Positions 29,679 through 40,622 of a stretch of DNA of 64,000 bases are shown here, piece after piece; positions within the stretch are counted from its first letter, which is position 1, and the number at the start of each line of letters is the position of its first letter. Under the pieces are notes generated by a model. It did no database searches, was not told the DNA's origin, and saw nothing but the letters and a program-made list of their open reading frames with translations. The position numbers and the translations under genes are program-made. This stretch comes from Flavobacteriales bacterium (lineage in GTDB: Bacteria > Bacteroidota > Bacteroidia > CAIKAF01), in contig JBQVOK010000001.1 of NCBI GenBank assembly GCA_052437175.1, forward strand, positions 227,388 through 291,387, written 5' to 3'.

Positions 29679-31100
29679 CTATTTCCAGCCACCCCCGAGG
29701 GCCCTGTATAATTCTATTTTTGCCAGGTACAGGTTGCAGGTAATGGCAGAGGCTTCCAGCTCGCCCTGTAACAGGTTGCCCTGCGCGGTGATCACTTCCA
29801 GGTAATCGGCCAGGCCGGTCTGGAACAGGAGCCTTGCATCCGTAAGTGCGCCCTGCAGTGTTTTTACGCGGGCTTCGGCGATCTGCTGCTGCTGTTTCAG
29901 CTTTTCCACTTTTACCAGGGCATCCGAAACTTCGGTCACGGCGGTCAGCACCGTTTTTTCAAATTCTATGATCGATTTGTCGCGCTCGATCTTGGCCAGT
30001 TCGAACTGGGTCTTGAGGCGGCGGCGGTTAAAGAGCGGCTGGGTAAGTCCGCCGAAAAAGGTACCGAACAGCGAACCGGGTATATTGAACCAGTTGCCGG
30101 CGGTAAAGGAGTTGAGTCCGGCCCCCAGGTTGATCACCAGCGAGGGGTACATACTGGCCTGGGCCACACCGGCACGGGCATTGGCGGCTTTTACGCGCAT
30201 TTCGCTGGCTTTAACGTCGGGGCGGCGGCTCAGGATACCCAGCGGGAACCCGGCGGCCAGGCTGTCGCTCAGCAGTACGTCGCGCAGACGGGTGCTGCGG
30301 TCCACGGCCGAGGGCTGATCGCCGGAGAGCAGGCGCAGGGCGTTCTCCTGTATCGTAATACGTTGTTCCAGTTGTGGTATCAGCAGGGCTGCGGCCTGTT
30401 TCTGTGCTTCTACCAGCTGTACGCCCAGCGAGGTGGTCTGGCCTACGTCTTTGCGCAGCTGTGTCATTTGTAAAATACTGTCGTTCAGTTGCAGGTTGCG
30501 GCGGGCAATGGCCAGCTGTGCGTCCAGCATCAGCAGGTTGTAATAGCCCGTAGCTACGGAAGACACCAGGCTGGTCTGTACGGCGCGTACGCCTTCGGCA
30601 CTCTGTATGTAATCGGCCTGTGCGGCTTCTTTCTGGCGGCGCATCTTGCCCCAGATATCGATCTCCCAGGACAGGCTTACGCCCGTGTTAAAGTCCTCGA
30701 TATGGGTGGTGCCCAGGAAATTACTGAGGCTGATGCCGTTGAGGCTGGAACCCGAAGGGCGGTTACTGGCCGCGCTGATGTTGAAGTTCAGGTCCGGCGC
30801 AAAGGCGGCACGGCTCTGTTTCAGTGTCTGGTTGGCGCTTTCGATGTTCTTCAGGGCCAGGCGCATATCAAAATTGCGTACGATCGTATGGCTGATCATA
30901 CCCTGCAGGGTCGTATCGGAAAAGAAATCTTTCCAGGCCAGGTCGGCCACGCTCGACGAGTCTTTGGTCTCCGGCGCATTGCGGAAGTTCTGGGGCAGGT
31001 TGGTCTGGGGCCTGCGGAAATTTTTGCCTACGCTGCACGACGCCAGGAACAGTACCAGGGCGGGGAACAGCAGTGTGCGTATATATCTGTGTTGCATCAT
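29679..31100 (-). CDS. Efflux transporter outer-membrane factor lipoprotein (NodT/TolC family)
   Basis: Lipobox LFLASCS. Two-repeat TolC-like helical architecture. It is the last gene of the RND tripartite operon. Confidence 0.85.
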   Translation of the reverse strand: MMQHRYIRTLLFPALVLFLASCSVGKNFRRPQTNLPQNFRNAPETKDSSSVADLAWKDFFSDTTLQGMISHTIVRNFDMRLALKNIESANQTLKQSRAAFAPDLNFNISAASNRPSGSSLNGISLSNFLGTTHIEDFNTGVSLSWEIDIWGKMRRQKEAAQADYIQSAEGVRAVQTSLVSSVATGYYNLLMLDAQLAIARRNLQLNDSILQMTQLRKDVGQTTSLGVQLVEAQKQAAALLIPQLEQRITIQENALRLLSGDQPSAVDRSTRLRDVLLSDSLAAGFPLGILSRRPDVKASEMRVKAANARAGVAQASMYPSLVINLGAGLNSFTAGNWFNIPGSLFGTFFGGLTQPLFNRRRLKTQFELAKIERDKSIIEFEKTVLTAVTEVSDALVKVEKLKQQQQIAEARVKTLQGALTDARLLFQTGLADYLEVITAQGNLLQGELEASAITCNLYLAKIELYRALGGGWK

Positions 31101-31120
31101 CGTTGTGTTTTTATCCGGTT

Positions 31121-34100
31121 TTAATGGGTTTCGGCGGGTACCGGGGCCGCTTTTTTACTTATTTTTTCGTGCAGGTGCTGGAATACCACGAACAGCACAG
31201 GTATGATGAATATACCCAGCAATACGCCCGAAAGCATTCCGCCTACCGCGCCGATACTGATGGAGTGGTTACCCAGTGCCGAGGGCCCTTTGGCGCCCAT
31301 CATCGGTAACAGACCCACAATAAAGGCCAGGGAGGTCATCACGATGGGACGCAGACGTAAACGCGCCGCTTCCAGGGCCGCTTCGGTGATGCGCATGCCC
31401 GCCCTGCGCCGCTGTACGGCATATTCCACGATCAAAATGGCATTCTTGGCCAGCAGACCGATGAGCATGATGAGCGCTACCTGTACGTAAATATTGTTTT
31501 CGATACCGGCAATGCCGATGGCGATAAATACGCCCAGCAGACCGGTAGGGATAGACAGGATCACCGACAGGGGCAGGATGTAACTTTCGTACTGGGCTGC
31601 CAGCAGGAAGTATACAAAAATGAGACAGAGCGCAAAGATATAGGTCGATTGTCCGCCGGAAGAGATCTCTTCGCGGGTGATACCCGAGAACTCGTAGGTA
31701 TAGCCCTGCGGCAGGTCGGTCTTGGCCACTTCTTCCACCGCTTTGATGGCATCCCCGGTACTGAAGCCCGGTTTCGGGATCACGTTCACCCCGATGGAGT
31801 TAAAGAGGTTGTAGCGCGTCATGTTCTCGGGGCCGTATACGCGCTTCAGCTGCACAAGGGTGCTGAGGGGCACATTTTCGCCCTGCATGTTCTTTACGTA
31901 TACGCCGTTCAGCGCCGAAGGATCTGCACGGTAGGGGATATCGGCCTGCACCATTACGCGGTAGTATTTACCGAAACGGTTAAAGTCGGAGGCCTGCATA
32001 CTGCCGAAATAGGCCTGCATGGTAGTGAGCGCTTCACGTACGCTTACGCCCAGCTGTTTGGCCTTGGCGGCGTCGATGCTGAGCTCGAGCTGCGGGTAGT
32101 CGGCCCGGAAAGGGGTAAAGGCCACCGCTACTTCGGGGCGTGCCATCAGGGAACCGATAAAGCCGTTGGCCACACCGCTGAATTTATCTACGGGGCCGCC
32201 GGTACGGTCCTGGAGCACCATGTCCAGACCGTCGATATTACTGAAGCCGGGTACGGTAGGGAAGGTGAACACAAAAAAGCTACCGCCCTGTATGGTGTTC
32301 AGTTTGCCCTGTATGGTGGCCATCAGCTCGTTCAGGTCCTCCATCTCGCCACGGGTACCCATGGGTTTCAGTTCTACAAAGCCTACGCCCGATGAGGGAC
32401 TGGCGGAGTTGGACAGCAGGTTGAAACCGCCGATCAGGTTCACCGATTGTACGGCTTCCATTTCGCGCATCATCTTACCGGCTTCCTGCAGTACGCCATT
32501 GGTGCGGTCCAGCGAGGAACCGCCCGGTGTGGAGAGGGCAAAGATGGCAAAACTCTGGTCCTCGGCCGGTATAAAGCCGGTACGTGTACTGCGCATCAGC
32601 AGCACGGTGGCTACAATGATGAGGGCCAGTCCGCCCAGGCTTACCCATTTGTTGCGGATAAGGAACTGCAGGCTGCGGCCGTAGCGGGTAGTAAGGCTGT
32701 CGAAGCCTTTGTTGAAGCCGCCGGCCAGGCGTTTAACCATATTCTGGCGCGGTGGTTTTTCGCCTTTAGGGGCAGCGTGTGAATTTTTAAGGAAGAGGGC
32801 CGAAAGTGCGGGGCTCAGCGTAAGGGCGTTCACCGCCGAAATAAGAATAGCAATGGCCAGGGTAAAGGCAAACTGCCGGTAGAACACCCCGGAGGAACCC
32901 GTCATGAAACCTACGGGCAGGAACACGGCCGACATCACCAGGGTAATGGAAATAATGGCGCCGGTGATCTCGCTCATGGCCGAAAGGGTGGCCGTTTTGG
33001 CGTCCATGTGTTCGTTCTCCATCTTGGCGTGTACGGCTTCCACCACCACAATGGCGTCATCCACCACGATACCGATGGCCAGTACCAGGGCAAAGAGCGT
33101 GAGCAGGTTTATGGAGAAGCCGAATAGCTGCATAAAGAAGAAGGTACCGATCACGGCTACCGGCACGGCAATGGCCGGTATCAGCGTAGAGCGGAAATCC
33201 TGCAGGAAGATCAGTACCACGATAAATACCAGTACAAAGGCTTCCAGCAGCGTACTTTTTACCTGGTCTATCGACTGGTCGAGTGCGCGTTTGGTGCTGT
33301 ACGGTACAATGTATTCGATGCCCGCCGGGAAACTGGCCTCCTGTTTTTTCAGCAGGGCCGTAAGGGCGGTCTGTATCTCGTTGGCATTGGAGCCGGCCGT
33401 CTGGAATATGGCTATACCCACGGTAGGCTGTCCGTTCACGAAACTTTCGCCCGAGTAGGTAAAGGAACCCAGCTCGATGCGGGCCACGTCTTTCAGTTTC
33501 AGCAGAGAACCGTCGGGGTTGGCCCGGATGATCATGTTCTCATACTCTTCCGGGCGGTTCATTTTGCCCTTGTACTTAATGATGTACTCAAAGGTCTCGT
33601 CGCTGCCTTCGCCAAAGCGGCCGGGGGCGGCGTCCATGTTCTGGTCCTGTATGGCAGCCATCACTTCCTGCGGGGTAATGTTGTAGGATGCCATCTGTGG
33701 CGGATTGAGCCATATACGCATGGAATAGTCCTTGGGACTGCCGAAGGCCATGGCCTGGGCTACGCCTTTTACACGCTTGATCTCCGGTATTACGTTGATC
33801 TTGGCGTAGTTTTCAATAAAGGCATGGTCGTATTTTTTGGGGTCGGTGCTGTACAGGTTCACGAACATCATGATGCTGTTCTGCTGTTTGGTGGTGGAAA
33901 CCCCCATCTGCAGTACCTCTGCGGGCAGCTGGTTACTGGCCTGTGCCACGCGGTTCTGTACGTTCACGGCGGCCTGGTCGGGGTCGGTGCCCAGCTCAAA
34001 GTATACACTGATGTTCAGGGAGCCGTCGTTACCGGCCGATGAACTCATATAGGTCATGTTCTCTACCCCGTTGATGGATTCTTCGAGGGAAGGAGCTACC

Positions 34101-34279
34101 GAACGGATCACCGTTTCGGCATTGGCCCCGGGATAGTTGGCGGTAACCAGTACCACGGGCGGGGCAATATCGGGGAACTGGGTTATGGGCAGCGTTGCCA
34201 GGCCCAGACCTCCGAGCAGCACCAGCAGTATGGAAATTACCGTGGCCAGCACGGGTCTTTCAATAAAAATTTTAAGCAT
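31121..34279 (-). CDS. RND multidrug efflux permease (AcrB/HAE1 family)
   Basis: 1052 aa with 12 TM segments and typical AcrB motifs (e.g. AIGIVVDDAIVVVE). Confidence 0.9.
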   Translation of the reverse strand: MLKIFIERPVLATVISILLVLLGGLGLATLPITQFPDIAPPVVLVTANYPGANAETVIRSVAPSLEESINGVENMTYMSSSAGNDGSLNISVYFELGTDPDQAAVNVQNRVAQASNQLPAEVLQMGVSTTKQQNSIMMFVNLYSTDPKKYDHAFIENYAKINVIPEIKRVKGVAQAMAFGSPKDYSMRIWLNPPQMASYNITPQEVMAAIQDQNMDAAPGRFGEGSDETFEYIIKYKGKMNRPEEYENMIIRANPDGSLLKLKDVARIELGSFTYSGESFVNGQPTVGIAIFQTAGSNANEIQTALTALLKKQEASFPAGIEYIVPYSTKRALDQSIDQVKSTLLEAFVLVFIVVLIFLQDFRSTLIPAIAVPVAVIGTFFFMQLFGFSINLLTLFALVLAIGIVVDDAIVVVEAVHAKMENEHMDAKTATLSAMSEITGAIISITLVMSAVFLPVGFMTGSSGVFYRQFAFTLAIAILISAVNALTLSPALSALFLKNSHAAPKGEKPPRQNMVKRLAGGFNKGFDSLTTRYGRSLQFLIRNKWVSLGGLALIIVATVLLMRSTRTGFIPAEDQSFAIFALSTPGGSSLDRTNGVLQEAGKMMREMEAVQSVNLIGGFNLLSNSASPSSGVGFVELKPMGTRGEMEDLNELMATIQGKLNTIQGGSFFVFTFPTVPGFSNIDGLDMVLQDRTGGPVDKFSGVANGFIGSLMARPEVAVAFTPFRADYPQLELSIDAAKAKQLGVSVREALTTMQAYFGSMQASDFNRFGKYYRVMVQADIPYRADPSALNGVYVKNMQGENVPLSTLVQLKRVYGPENMTRYNLFNSIGVNVIPKPGFSTGDAIKAVEEVAKTDLPQGYTYEFSGITREEISSGGQSTYIFALCLIFVYFLLAAQYESYILPLSVILSIPTGLLGVFIAIGIAGIENNIYVQVALIMLIGLLAKNAILIVEYAVQRRRAGMRITEAALEAARLRLRPIVMTSLAFIVGLLPMMGAKGPSALGNHSISIGAVGGMLSGVLLGIFIIPVLFVVFQHLHEKISKKAAPVPAETH

Positions 34280-34366
34280 ATCGTCGTCTACGTTGTTTTA
34301 CATAAACCGCCCGGCCTCTGCTAAATATAAAGCCAGGCGGTCTTTTATCTTTATATATGGGATGCC

Positions 34367-35548
34367 TTATTTGCCGGCAGCTTTGGCTGGTACCGGGCTT
34401 ATCTCGGCACCGTCCTGCAGCAGGTGCAGGCTTCCGGTTACGATCTTGCTGCCGGGGTTCAGACCTTCGCTGACCAGGTAGGCATTTTCGTGTTTGCCAC
34501 CGATGGTGATGGGTGTCATTTTTACTTTATTGCTGTCTCCGAGTACGTATACAAAAGTGCGGTCCTGTAGCTCAAAAGTGGCTTCCTGCGGTATCATGAG
34601 CACACCCTGGTGTACCTGGTTGAGGCGTACCTTACCGGTATTGCCCGAGCGCAGCATGCCGTTCTTATTGGGGAAGTTGGCGCGCAGGCTGATGGAACCG
34701 GTGGTCTTGTCGAACTGTCCGTCCACCATCTCGATGCGGCCCTGCTCGGGGTACAGGTTCCCGTCGGCCAGCACCAGGGTAACCGGCAGCAGGTTCTTGA
34801 TCTTCTCGGGAATGTCTTCGCCTTTATTATCGCGGTTAAAGGCAATAAAGTCCATTTCGCTCATGGAGAAATACGCATATACCTCGTGTACGTCCGAAAG
34901 GGTAGTGAGGGCCTGTACGTCCATACGTCCCACCAGGTTGCCCAGGCGTTTGGGAATACGCCCGATGTAACCGCTCACGGGAGCTTTGATGAGCGTATAG
35001 TCCAGGTTGATGCGGGCCATGGCCACGGCGGCCTTACTCTGTGCCACATTGGCTTTGGCGGCTTCGTAGGCGGCTTCTACCGTTTTAAGCTGAATTTCAG
35101 AAACCACGTTGTTGCGGCTCAGTACCTTCATTTTGTTCACTTCCAGTTCGGCGTTCAGCAGGTTGGCCTCGGCGGCCTGTTGTGCGGCCATGGCATTGTT
35201 CAGCTGCTCGCGGTAAGGCTGGTCGTTGATCTTGAACAGGGGCTGACCTTCTTTTACAAAAGCACCTTCGTCTACAAAGATCTTATCGAGGTAGCCGTCT
35301 ACCTGGGCGCGGATCTCTACGTTTACGCGGCCTTCGAGTGCGGCTGAATATTCTTTGTAGGTTTGTGCCGAGGTAGTATCGGTTACCAGCACGGGTACCG
35401 AAGGTGCACCGCCCATATTGCCCGGACCGTTGGCCGAGCCGGAGCTGCATCCCCAGGCCAGTAGCAAAGCGGCAAGTATGGCAAGCATACCTGTATGTTG
35501 GATGGAAATTGTTTTGTTTGACATTTTGTTTTTTTTTTGAGGGTACAA
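34367..35548 (-). CDS. RND efflux periplasmic adaptor subunit (AcrA/MexA family)
   Basis: Lipoprotein signal (LLLAWGCSS) followed by coiled-coil hairpin, lipoyl and beta-barrel domains. The start may be the downstream MSNKT. Confidence 0.85.
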   Translation of the reverse strand: MYPQKKNKMSNKTISIQHTGMLAILAALLLAWGCSSGSANGPGNMGGAPSVPVLVTDTTSAQTYKEYSAALEGRVNVEIRAQVDGYLDKIFVDEGAFVKEGQPLFKINDQPYREQLNNAMAAQQAAEANLLNAELEVNKMKVLSRNNVVSEIQLKTVEAAYEAAKANVAQSKAAVAMARINLDYTLIKAPVSGYIGRIPKRLGNLVGRMDVQALTTLSDVHEVYAYFSMSEMDFIAFNRDNKGEDIPEKIKNLLPVTLVLADGNLYPEQGRIEMVDGQFDKTTGSISLRANFPNKNGMLRSGNTGKVRLNQVHQGVLMIPQEATFELQDRTFVYVLGDSNKVKMTPITIGGKHENAYLVSEGLNPGSKIVTGSLHLLQDGAEISPVPAKAAGK

Positions 35549-35784
35549 AGCAACGAAACGTAGAAATATTTAAGAAAGCAGAATGACCAATAAACTGCTG
35601 AAATGACGAATTCAATTCGTCATTTTTTATTGCAGTAAATCCCTATATTGGGTTCCTTTGCATTCACATAACATATAGATTATACACATTTGTTATACAT
35701 GAAGCATACCTGTTATACCGGTTCCATCTGTACAGCCCCCGGCTGTGCGGCGGGATCATATATTCATTTAAATAGGGAACGGTT

Positions 35785-36900
35785 TTGAGCGTAGCAACCT
35801 TAAGCGTAAAAGAACTGGTTCCCTCGTTCCGCGGAAATATCCTGGAACAGCGCTGGCTGCAGGAACTGCTGGTAGTAACCACCCTGTTTACGCTGTTCAC
35901 CCTGAACGAGTGGACCTATATCTCCAGCTGGGACGATCTCCGCAGCGGTATAGCCTATTTCGGCATCCTGTATGCACATGCCCAGGTGCACCGTTTCCTG
36001 GTGCTGCCCATCCTGCTCGACCGGCACAAACCGCTTCCATACATCAGCTATTCCCTGTTGCTGCTGCTGGTGTTCTCGGCCATACTGCATTTTGTGAGTA
36101 TTTACTGGATCTATCCCGACTGTTTCCTGTATAAATCCGCCGCCCAGGACACCTTTATCTTTCACGTGGCCACCTGCGCCCTTACCCTTATTGCCATGCT
36201 TACGCCCTTCCTGATCCTGCGTTTTTACCGCCAGCAGAAACGGGAGGCCATGTCGCGCATCTGTGTGAACGAAATGGAGCTGAACCTGCTGCGTTCCCAG
36301 CTGAACCCGCACTTTATGTTCAATATGTTCAACAACCTGTACGGCATCAGCCTTAAAGAGCCCGAACGGATGCCCGACCTGATACTGCAGGTTTCGCAGC
36401 TGATGCGTTACCAGGTGGAGAACAACAGCCGCATGTGGGTATCCCTGGCCGATGAACTGGCTTTTATCGAAAGCTGTATCGCCCTGGAAGAAGAACGGGT
36501 GAGCCGCCGCTGTAAAATTCATTACGAATACGAAAATAATTCAGCCAGGGTATACGATCAGATCGCCCCCATGATCCTGATCCCCTTTATTGAAAATGCC
36601 TTTAAGCACGGCACCAACAGCATGGAGTCCTGCTATGTGTGTATTTGTATACAGGTAAAAGACGCCTGCCTGCAGATGGAAATTGTGAACTCCATACCCA
36701 AAAATGCCGATATTTCGAAAGTTTCTACAGGTATCGGACTGCAGAATGCCCGGCAGCGTCTGAACATTCTGTATCCCGGAACAAAACACCGGCTTAGCAT
36801 AGAAACCACAAAAACCGAATATAAGGTTAAATTAGCGCTGCGATTATTTTCAAAAGAAGAACTGCATGACCGAGAAATTCAGGTGTCTGATTGTAGATGA
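35785..36900 (+). CDS. Sensor histidine kinase, LytS/YehU-type (His_kinase family)
   Basis: N-terminal multi-TM domain. His_kinase motif LNPHFMFNMFNNLYGIS. HATPase_c C-terminus (GIGLQNARQRL). The exact start is uncertain. Confidence 0.75.
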   Translation: MSVATLSVKELVPSFRGNILEQRWLQELLVVTTLFTLFTLNEWTYISSWDDLRSGIAYFGILYAHAQVHRFLVLPILLDRHKPLPYISYSLLLLLVFSAILHFVSIYWIYPDCFLYKSAAQDTFIFHVATCALTLIAMLTPFLILRFYRQQKREAMSRICVNEMELNLLRSQLNPHFMFNMFNNLYGISLKEPERMPDLILQVSQLMRYQVENNSRMWVSLADELAFIESCIALEEERVSRRCKIHYEYENNSARVYDQIAPMILIPFIENAFKHGTNSMESCYVCICIQVKDACLQMEIVNSIPKNADISKVSTGIGLQNARQRLNILYPGTKHRLSIETTKTEYKVKLALRLFSKEELHDREIQVSDCR

Positions 36901-37579
36901 TGAATCCGCCGCCCATTACGTACTCACCAGTTATATTGAACGTATCGAGCGGCTCGAACTGGCCGGACAGTGCTACAATGTGCTGGAGGCCATCAATTTT
37001 TTGCACCAGAACCCGGTAGACCTGCTGTTCCTCGATATCAACATGCCCGAACTCAGCGGGTTCGACCTGCTTAAAACGCTCACCAATCCGCCCAAGGTAA
37101 TTATTACCACCGCCTATTCGGAATTTGCCCTGGAAAGCTATGAGTACTGGGTGATCGATTACCTGCTGAAACCCATTGAATTCCCGCGTTTCCTGAAGTC
37201 GATAGACCGTTTCCTGATCACGCTGCCGGCCGACACTGATCCGGAAGCTTTCCCGGCCGCACAGCCCGATCCGGATCTGCCTTTTATGGTAAAGGTAGAC
37301 GGCGAACAGGTGCGCATACATCCCGATGAACTGCTGTATGCCCAGAGCCTGGGAAACTATGTAAAGCTTATTACCACCCGGCAGACCTTCCTGGCCACCA
37401 TTACCACTACGGAGCTGGAACACCGCCTGCCTTCCGCACGTTTTATGCGCATTCACAAATCGTACATTGTAGCCCTGGATAAAGTTACACGTTCGGGCAA
37501 CGGTTTTGTGATCGTGGGCGAAACCGAACTGCCCGTGGGCATTACCTACCGCCGCGAACTGGCCGAGCGTCTGCGCTAA
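36866..37579 (+). CDS. LytTR-family response regulator
   Basis: Receiver domain (LIVDDE...D at LFLDINMP) plus a LytTR DNA-binding domain. Overlaps the kinase gene by 35 bp. Confidence 0.85.
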   Translation: MTEKFRCLIVDDESAAHYVLTSYIERIERLELAGQCYNVLEAINFLHQNPVDLLFLDINMPELSGFDLLKTLTNPPKVIITTAYSEFALESYEYWVIDYLLKPIEFPRFLKSIDRFLITLPADTDPEAFPAAQPDPDLPFMVKVDGEQVRIHPDELLYAQSLGNYVKLITTRQTFLATITTTELEHRLPSARFMRIHKSYIVALDKVTRSGNGFVIVGETELPVGITYRRELAERLR

Positions 37580-37629
37580 AAAAAAGAGCCCCGCAATGCA
37601 GGGCCCTTTCATACAATATTTCTGTTTTT

Positions 37630-39522
37630 TTATTTTTTGATGAACAGGGAACTGAGTGTACGTTCTGCCGTTTCGAGACGGATGATGTACATACCGCTTT
37701 GCAGTGCCTGCAGATCTATGCTGAAGGTATTTTCCGTAATGTTCCGGCGCTCCTGTACGGTTTTGCCGGCCGCATCGCAGATCGAAACCGAAGCGGTCCC
37801 GAAAGACGCGGGCAGTACCAGGTTCAGCAGCTCGCCGGCCGGGTTGGGGAACATGCGTATACCGGCCGCTGCAAAATCAGGGTTGCCGAGGCTGTTCACC
37901 GTGATCTGGGTACAGTGTTCGTCTACGCAACCGTTGGCCGCTGTGGCAGTAAGACAAACGGTATAGGTGCCCGCCGCTGTGTAAATGTGCACGGGACTTT
38001 GCAGGGCCGAAGTGTTACCGTCTCCAAAATCCCAGCTGTAGGTAGCCGCCCCGGTAGACGTATTCTGGAAGCTTACCGCCTGGCTCTGTGCGCTGGCGTT
38101 GGACGTGAACTGTGCTACCGCGGAAGGAAGCAGGGTCACGGTAAGCTGGTCGGTCTGGTCGCAGCCGTTAATGTCGTTCACCGTTACGCTGTAGGTACCT
38201 GCGTTGCTGACATTGATGGAAGAGCTGGTCTGTCCGCCGTTCCACAGGTAGGTATTGTACATATTGCCGGCGCTCAGCGTCAGCGGTGTTCCGGCGCAGA
38301 TACTGGTGTCGTTGCCCAGGTTCAGCGGTATAAAGGTGTCGTATATTTTTACAAAGGCCGAGTCTTTGGAAGTACAGCCCAGTGCATTTACCGCCGTTAC
38401 GCTCACAAAGCCCAGGCTGGCCGTGTGGGTAGAGTTGCCGGTGGCGCCGGTGCTCCAGCTGTAGCTGTTAAAGCCGGTCTGTACAAAGGCAAAGGCCGAG
38501 TCGCCGGGGCAGATAAAAATACTGTCCATCGGTATATTTACATACAGGAAGCTGGTGGCTTCTTCCATGCCAGCGCTGAAGGTAGGCGTAAGCGCAGCGT
38601 ATTTGCGGGCGCGGATCCAGTTGATGTTGATGGAACCCGTACCCGATGAAATGCCGCCGATACACAGGCGCAGGTCTGCATCGCGGGGGTGCTGGTTATC
38701 GGTGGTGCTCATGCCCGCGGCGCTGGGGTGTGAACCGGTGATATCGCCCGTACCGATCCAGGTTGTGCTCCACAGACCGGCATTGGCACCCAGGGTAAAC
38801 AGGCCGCTGGCCCAGTTGTGTCCCTGGCAGTAACCGGTATTGGTGCCCGATTTGGAGATACGCACCTGTCCGCCGCCCTGCAGGGTTCCGTAACCGCGGT
38901 TATCGGCATTGTTCTTGAGCCAGTAGATGCCCGGCCAGTCGCCCGAGGCAGATACCACCTGTGCTTCGGCGGTATATACGCTGGTCTGCGGGAATACGGT
39001 ATTGGACGTAAGTATATGGGATCCGGTCCAGCTCATGTTCAGGTTGCCGCCGCTCAGGGTATTGGTACCGCTGCCGCAGGCATCCACGCTGAAGTTCTGC
39101 AGGGTATTGCCGTCGAAACCTTCGAACAGGCTGAAGGTGGCGCTTCCATTGGAACCTGCCGCTGCCACAGCGTTGCCGTAGATCATATAAACGGTGGCCG
39201 AACCATTGGCCGGTACAGAAGGCACTTTTACCCAGATGGAAGTGCTGGCCGTATTGATGCCCGACTCAATGAAATAGGGGAGGGAATCGCAGCAGCCGGT
39301 ACCGGTAAAACGGATATCCTGGCCCTGTGACTGCATTTTGCCGGCCGAAATGAGCGCAGCCGTATTTACGGTAATAAGCACTTCATGTGCCGTAAGCGCC
39401 GTAGCATTGGGATTTGTTACCTGGATAGGCATGCGGTACAGCCAGCCCGAAAAACAGGCCTGACCAAATACCACGCCTGCCGGCAGCAGGGCCAGCAGCA
39501 TCAGCATGTAGATCTTCTTCAT
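37630..39522 (-). CDS. T9SS C-terminal-sorted secreted protein with PKD-like/Ig-like domains
   Basis: Signal peptide. Repeated Ig/PKD-like modules (…SWDFGDGNTS…). C-terminal T9SS type-A sorting domain (FPNPAGELLNL...SGMYIIRLE). Confidence 0.75.
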   Translation of the reverse strand: MKKIYMLMLLALLPAGVVFGQACFSGWLYRMPIQVTNPNATALTAHEVLITVNTAALISAGKMQSQGQDIRFTGTGCCDSLPYFIESGINTASTSIWVKVPSVPANGSATVYMIYGNAVAAAGSNGSATFSLFEGFDGNTLQNFSVDACGSGTNTLSGGNLNMSWTGSHILTSNTVFPQTSVYTAEAQVVSASGDWPGIYWLKNNADNRGYGTLQGGGQVRISKSGTNTGYCQGHNWASGLFTLGANAGLWSTTWIGTGDITGSHPSAAGMSTTDNQHPRDADLRLCIGGISSGTGSININWIRARKYAALTPTFSAGMEEATSFLYVNIPMDSIFICPGDSAFAFVQTGFNSYSWSTGATGNSTHTASLGFVSVTAVNALGCTSKDSAFVKIYDTFIPLNLGNDTSICAGTPLTLSAGNMYNTYLWNGGQTSSSINVSNAGTYSVTVNDINGCDQTDQLTVTLLPSAVAQFTSNASAQSQAVSFQNTSTGAATYSWDFGDGNTSALQSPVHIYTAAGTYTVCLTATAANGCVDEHCTQITVNSLGNPDFAAAGIRMFPNPAGELLNLVLPASFGTASVSICDAAGKTVQERRNITENTFSIDLQALQSGMYIIRLETAERTLSSLFIKK

Positions 39523-39864
39523 TGTTAAGTTAAGGTTTTAAGGCGTTAAAACTATAACTTTTTATCAAAAAATCATAGACAGGGGGGGACAGAAATGAAA
39601 AGGACCGCTTTCGGCGGCCCTTCTTTAATCAGTTTAACATCATCTCGTATTTGGGTAGTACGCGTCCTTCCAATGTCCGGTAAGCGGCGGCGTAACCCAG
39701 AACCACTTTGATCGTATATGCACTCGGTAAAACCATCGTTTTAATGGTAAGAGTGCGGTCAAATGGTGAGTTCGTGTTTTTGGAGTAGATTTTGAGCATA
39801 GGCGCTTTTACGTTGTTTTTCTATAAAACGCCCTGTTCTTTTTTTTATTGCAGGTATTCCCTTA

Positions 39865-40509
39865 TTAAAATATGTTAACTTCTGAAGCTTCCAGCGGACT
39901 CTTTTCCACCAGCTTACGCAGGTTGATGAGTGCATAGCGCATACGGCCCAGGGCGGTATTGATGCTAACGCCGGTCTGTTCGGCAATATCGTTAAAGCTG
40001 AGGTCGGCATAATGGCGAAGGATGAGCACTTCTTTCTGCTCTTTGGGCAGCTTTTTAATGAGCTCGCGCACCAGGGCCACGTTCTGTTCGCGGATCATTT
40101 TGTCCTCGGCGCTCTGCTCGGGGATACGGATCAGCTTAAAGATATCGAAGTCTTCGTCCTGGGTCTTGATGCCGGGCATTTTTTTCTCGCGCCGGAAATG
40201 ATCGATGATCAGGTTGTGCGAAATACGCATCACCCAGGGAAGGAATTTTCCTTCTTCATTGTACTTACCTGCCTGCAGGGTATGTATTACCTTAATGAAA
40301 ACATCCTGGAAGATATCTTCGGCAGTTGCTCGGTCTTTAACAAGCATATAGATGTACGAGAACACCTTGCGCTTGTGGCGGCTTAACAAAACTTCAAAGG
40401 AGGCGTGATTACCTTTCAGGTACATGCGCACTAATTCCTTGTCTTCCATCATTTGCAGCATCATAACAGTATATTTTTGATGTAGGGGGCAGTGTTTCTG
40501 CCTGGACAA
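39865..40509 (-). CDS. ECF-type RNA polymerase sigma-70 family factor
   Basis: Region 2 (VFSYIYMLVKDRATAEDIFQDVFIKV) and region 4 HTH (LSFNDIAEQTGVSINTALGRMRYA). The real start is probably an internal Met near 40462. Confidence 0.8.
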   Translation of the reverse strand: MSRQKHCPLHQKYTVMMLQMMEDKELVRMYLKGNHASFEVLLSRHKRKVFSYIYMLVKDRATAEDIFQDVFIKVIHTLQAGKYNEEGKFLPWVMRISHNLIIDHFRREKKMPGIKTQDEDFDIFKLIRIPEQSAEDKMIREQNVALVRELIKKLPKEQKEVLILRHYADLSFNDIAEQTGVSINTALGRMRYALINLRKLVEKSPLEASEVNIF

Positions 40510-40622
40510 GGTATAGGTTCTATTCTATAGGCGCGTGTGTTTTTTGTTTATTCGGACAAATGTAAGTGAACAATTTGTTAAAACCAAATTTACTTAGTTA
40601 AAACGATCCTAAAGCAAAAAGG

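Noticed and set aside
31649-35347. Several + strand ORFs of 170-250 aa within the RND permease and adaptor genes
   Set aside because: They are antisense shadows of acrB-like and acrA-like genes.
39608-39790. 56-aa ORF downstream of the ECF sigma factor, a possible mini anti-sigma factor
   Set aside because: It has no TM helix or zinc-finger anti-sigma motif and overlaps a terminator-like hairpin. It is too weak to call.
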